Source: Oopsacas minuta | Taxonomy: Eukaryota; Animalia; Porifera | Assembly: GCA_024704765.1 (NCBI GenBank) | Contig: JAKMXF010000030.1 | Coordinates: forward strand, 1 to 64,000 | Direction: 5' to 3' | Length of the DNA: 64,000 nucleotides | Shown: positions 62,101-64,000 of the stretch, piece after piece | Position numbering within the stretch: position 1 is the first letter of the stretch | Layout: each line of letters opens with the position of its first letter | The notes under the pieces: generated by a model | What the model was told of the DNA's origin: nothing | What the model saw: only the letters and a program-made list of their open reading frames with translations | Databases searched by the model: none | Program-made: the position numbers and the translations under genes

Positions 62101-62420
62101 TGTCACTGAAACATGCTAATAGAGGTAATAACTACTGTAAAGTGTAAATAACTTACTAAGCGTGATATGTAGAATTGCTTCCGGTCCTTCTCCTATCTGG
62201 TTAACAGCCCTAACAGATATCTCTAATTTGACAGCCTCTTCATCTCTCTTAATATCAATAAAGGTGTCTTCTGTTTCTAACGTCACATTTTCAGTATCTT
62301 TACGATTGTAAATATTTACTATTTGGACGATGTAGTATTTGATTATTCCATTCTGATGAATGATAAGAGGACTCTCCATGTTAAGTGTGTCCTTTCTATC
62401 AATTGTAGTGATTCGGGAGT
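59155..62420 (-). CDS. Adhesion-class GPCR (FN3, GAIN/GPS, 7TM family B2, long cytoplasmic tail); 5' part incomplete or degraded
   Basis: GPS CVFF..WDTSG..CETNHF|TSFGVLV followed by seven hydrophobic segments (HYTWLAVFAWSM, GWGSP, CWLS..GLIWSFIGP). The FN3 exon splices in phase 1 into the GAIN exon at 61560. Two further 3' exons end with TAG at 59155-59157. Confidence 0.85.
61653..62035. mobile_element. hAT-like non-autonomous element in the aGPCR intron, 383 bp
   Basis: Perfect 14-bp TIR CAGTGCTGCCAAGT / ACTTGGCAGCACTG. No clean 8-bp TSD is visible. Confidence 0.6.
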
Positions 62421-62988
62421 GCTAGATGGTACTATTGAGATAGAAAATATACATGTGATTAAACCTCAATTATTGTTAGGTCCGTTGTCAAGGAAAGGAT
62501 TTATGGTATGCAATTTTGAATTTGTTGGAGTTTCTGGATAAGACAGGTCCTTACAATGATTATACAATTGGTATCACTGCGGATATAGCGGACAAATTGT
62601 GACTGTCCGTTGCTGTTCATACTAACGAAGTTACACTATAGACTCTTATCAAATGGAATTGTAAGTTACTTATTGGAACTAACAGGTAGCTTTCTGGAAC
62701 TAACCAATTTGTGTTTGTACCACACATAACTTGTAATTCAATTTGTTATATCACTAATCTGATTAGCCAAGAACAATTCACACCTTTTCACAGACATTTG
62801 TGAAGATTTCGTTCCGGTATTTGGAACAATTTTATGTTGACAAAGAGTCACTTACATGCCAATTCCCAAGTTGGTAACTATGCTCCGCCGTGTGTAGAAT
62901 TCTCTATACATAATATCGACCACATTGCAATATGATACTAACAATACTTTAGATAAATAGACAGTATATTGTCTATACAGCATATTCA

Positions 62989-63750
62989 ATGGTGAGTATT
63001 GTCAATTTATCTATTGTTTGTTTATTGTTTGTTGTTTGTGTTTGTGACAAGAATTTGGCATATTTTAGTTATGAACAACATGATTTAGAGGATGGAGAAC
63101 ATCTCACAAACATTCTTCATAATCCATTCCTTGAAGGAGTGGTGGATAGGGATGTTAATAACATTCCAGAAGGATCTATTCATCACTATGTTAAGAAAAG
63201 AGAGATATTTGGAGAAGATGATAGAAACGAGGTAGATAGAGAATCGATTTCCGCTGAGAATAGACTAGCAGAGCTTTCTACTGTAAGTTCATATGCTTTC
63301 GTAATACAGTAGGCCCCAGCAGGGGGTTCAAACCTAGGGTCGATGAACCGCTTGGTGGTCTACGGAGGCCAGCAGGGGGCAACAGGATCAATTGTGGTCT
63401 ATAGAAGGGGCCCACGGATGGAAAAGGTTGGGACCCATTCTAGTAGACCCTCGCTAATCCGAACAGGTTATGCAACCTTTCGAAAATATAACTCTACGCG
63501 TAGTTCATATGCTATTATTAGCAATCATATTCACATATTTACAGGTGTTGATATCAGTTGGTTGTACAGGAATGTTGGTGACTAAGGAACACGTGTTAAC
63601 TGCAGCACATTGTATCCACACAGAGGGATATTTTAAGAAGGGTTATAGCAGCCTAGAGGTAGGGATAGAGATGTCTTATGGGATAGAATGGAGACAAGTT
63701 TTAACTATGTTCCTACCCTCTAATTGGACCAATCCCGGTTTGTTTAAGTT
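62989..63750 (+). CDS. PRSS23/PRSS35-like secreted trypsin-fold protease; 5' exons only, 3' exons not resolved in this window
   Basis: Hydrophobic N-terminus, furin-like KKR|EIFGEDDR, and SVGCTGMLVTKEHVLTAAHCIH (catalytic His motif), resembling PRSS23. Confidence 0.75.
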
Positions 63751-63857
63751 GTATTGAGAAATTTGTGTCAGTTTTCATAGTTTGCAAATATTTATGAGGA
63801 ATTTGGTTGCTATGGTGATGCCAGAAATGTGTTTTTCAGAAGTTCTGTGCAGGGGAT

Positions 63858-63997
63858 ATTTCTTGCAGGACCTCTCCTGGGATAGCACTTCTTGGACGGT
63901 AACATATTGATCCTCTACTTGAGTCTCACGGTTGGTACTAAGTGTCCTTTATGACTGCTGAACTGGCAATTTTAGGTGTCCGCCAAACACCTAGATA
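63858..63997. repeat. Dispersed repeat family member (other copies near 5312-5413, 58271-58325 inverted, 62057-62106)
   Basis: Shared blocks TTGCAGGA(T/C)CTCTC.TGGGAT..TTCTTGGACGGTAACA and GTCCTTT...CTGCTGAACTG.CA..TTTA.GTGTCC. Confidence 0.65.
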
Positions 63998-64000
63998 CAC

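Noticed and set aside
1186-62541. Numerous antisense ORFs of 60-125 aa overlapping real exons (for example 1186-1425, 35222-35596, 39246-39521)
   Set aside because: Shadow ORFs on the opposite strand of genuine coding sequence, with no independent motif support.
63316-63385. CCAGCAGGGGGC twice (CTCF-like core) and GGTTCAAACC (tRNA B-box-like) in the protease intron
   Set aside because: There is no cloverleaf or convincing A box, and CTCF is generally considered bilaterian-restricted. It is more likely a repeat fragment or chance.

Overview
AT-rich, very gene-dense eukaryotic genomic DNA with short GT-AG introns (many about 50 bp) and several intronless genes. It looks like a compact early-branching animal genome; a sponge, possibly a glass sponge, is my unverified inference from the NHL-repeat gene style, the adhesion GPCR and the compaction. 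About 20 protein-coding genes can be reconstructed by hand: GPN2, REEP5-like, PP2A-B55, CDC42SE, srGAP-like, Unkempt (RING), TAF10, TMA16, CCDC50-like, a Ras-like GTPase, a GRF zinc-finger gene, an orphan coiled-coil gene, DLC1/STARD13-like, an NHL-repeat gene, IQGAP, ARHGAP21/23-like, a DOK-like adaptor, three atypical Rab-like GTPases, DNPEP, an FN3-GAIN adhesion GPCR and a PRSS23-like protease. Several small TA-flanked MITEs and tandem repeats are also present. The most notable observations are: (1) two complete genes nested antisense in introns (TAF10 in Unkempt; a GRF-ZF gene in the Ras-like gene); (2) an in-frame TAG exactly at the Gln of an IQ motif in an otherwise intact IQGAP; (3) tandem Rab-like GTPases whose DxxG motif is replaced by DQQF; (4) an adhesion GPCR tail with EPIYA-like and YxN tyrosine motifs; (5) a high density of small-GTPase signalling genes. 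Exon boundaries were read manually and family calls come from recalled motifs, not from database searches.
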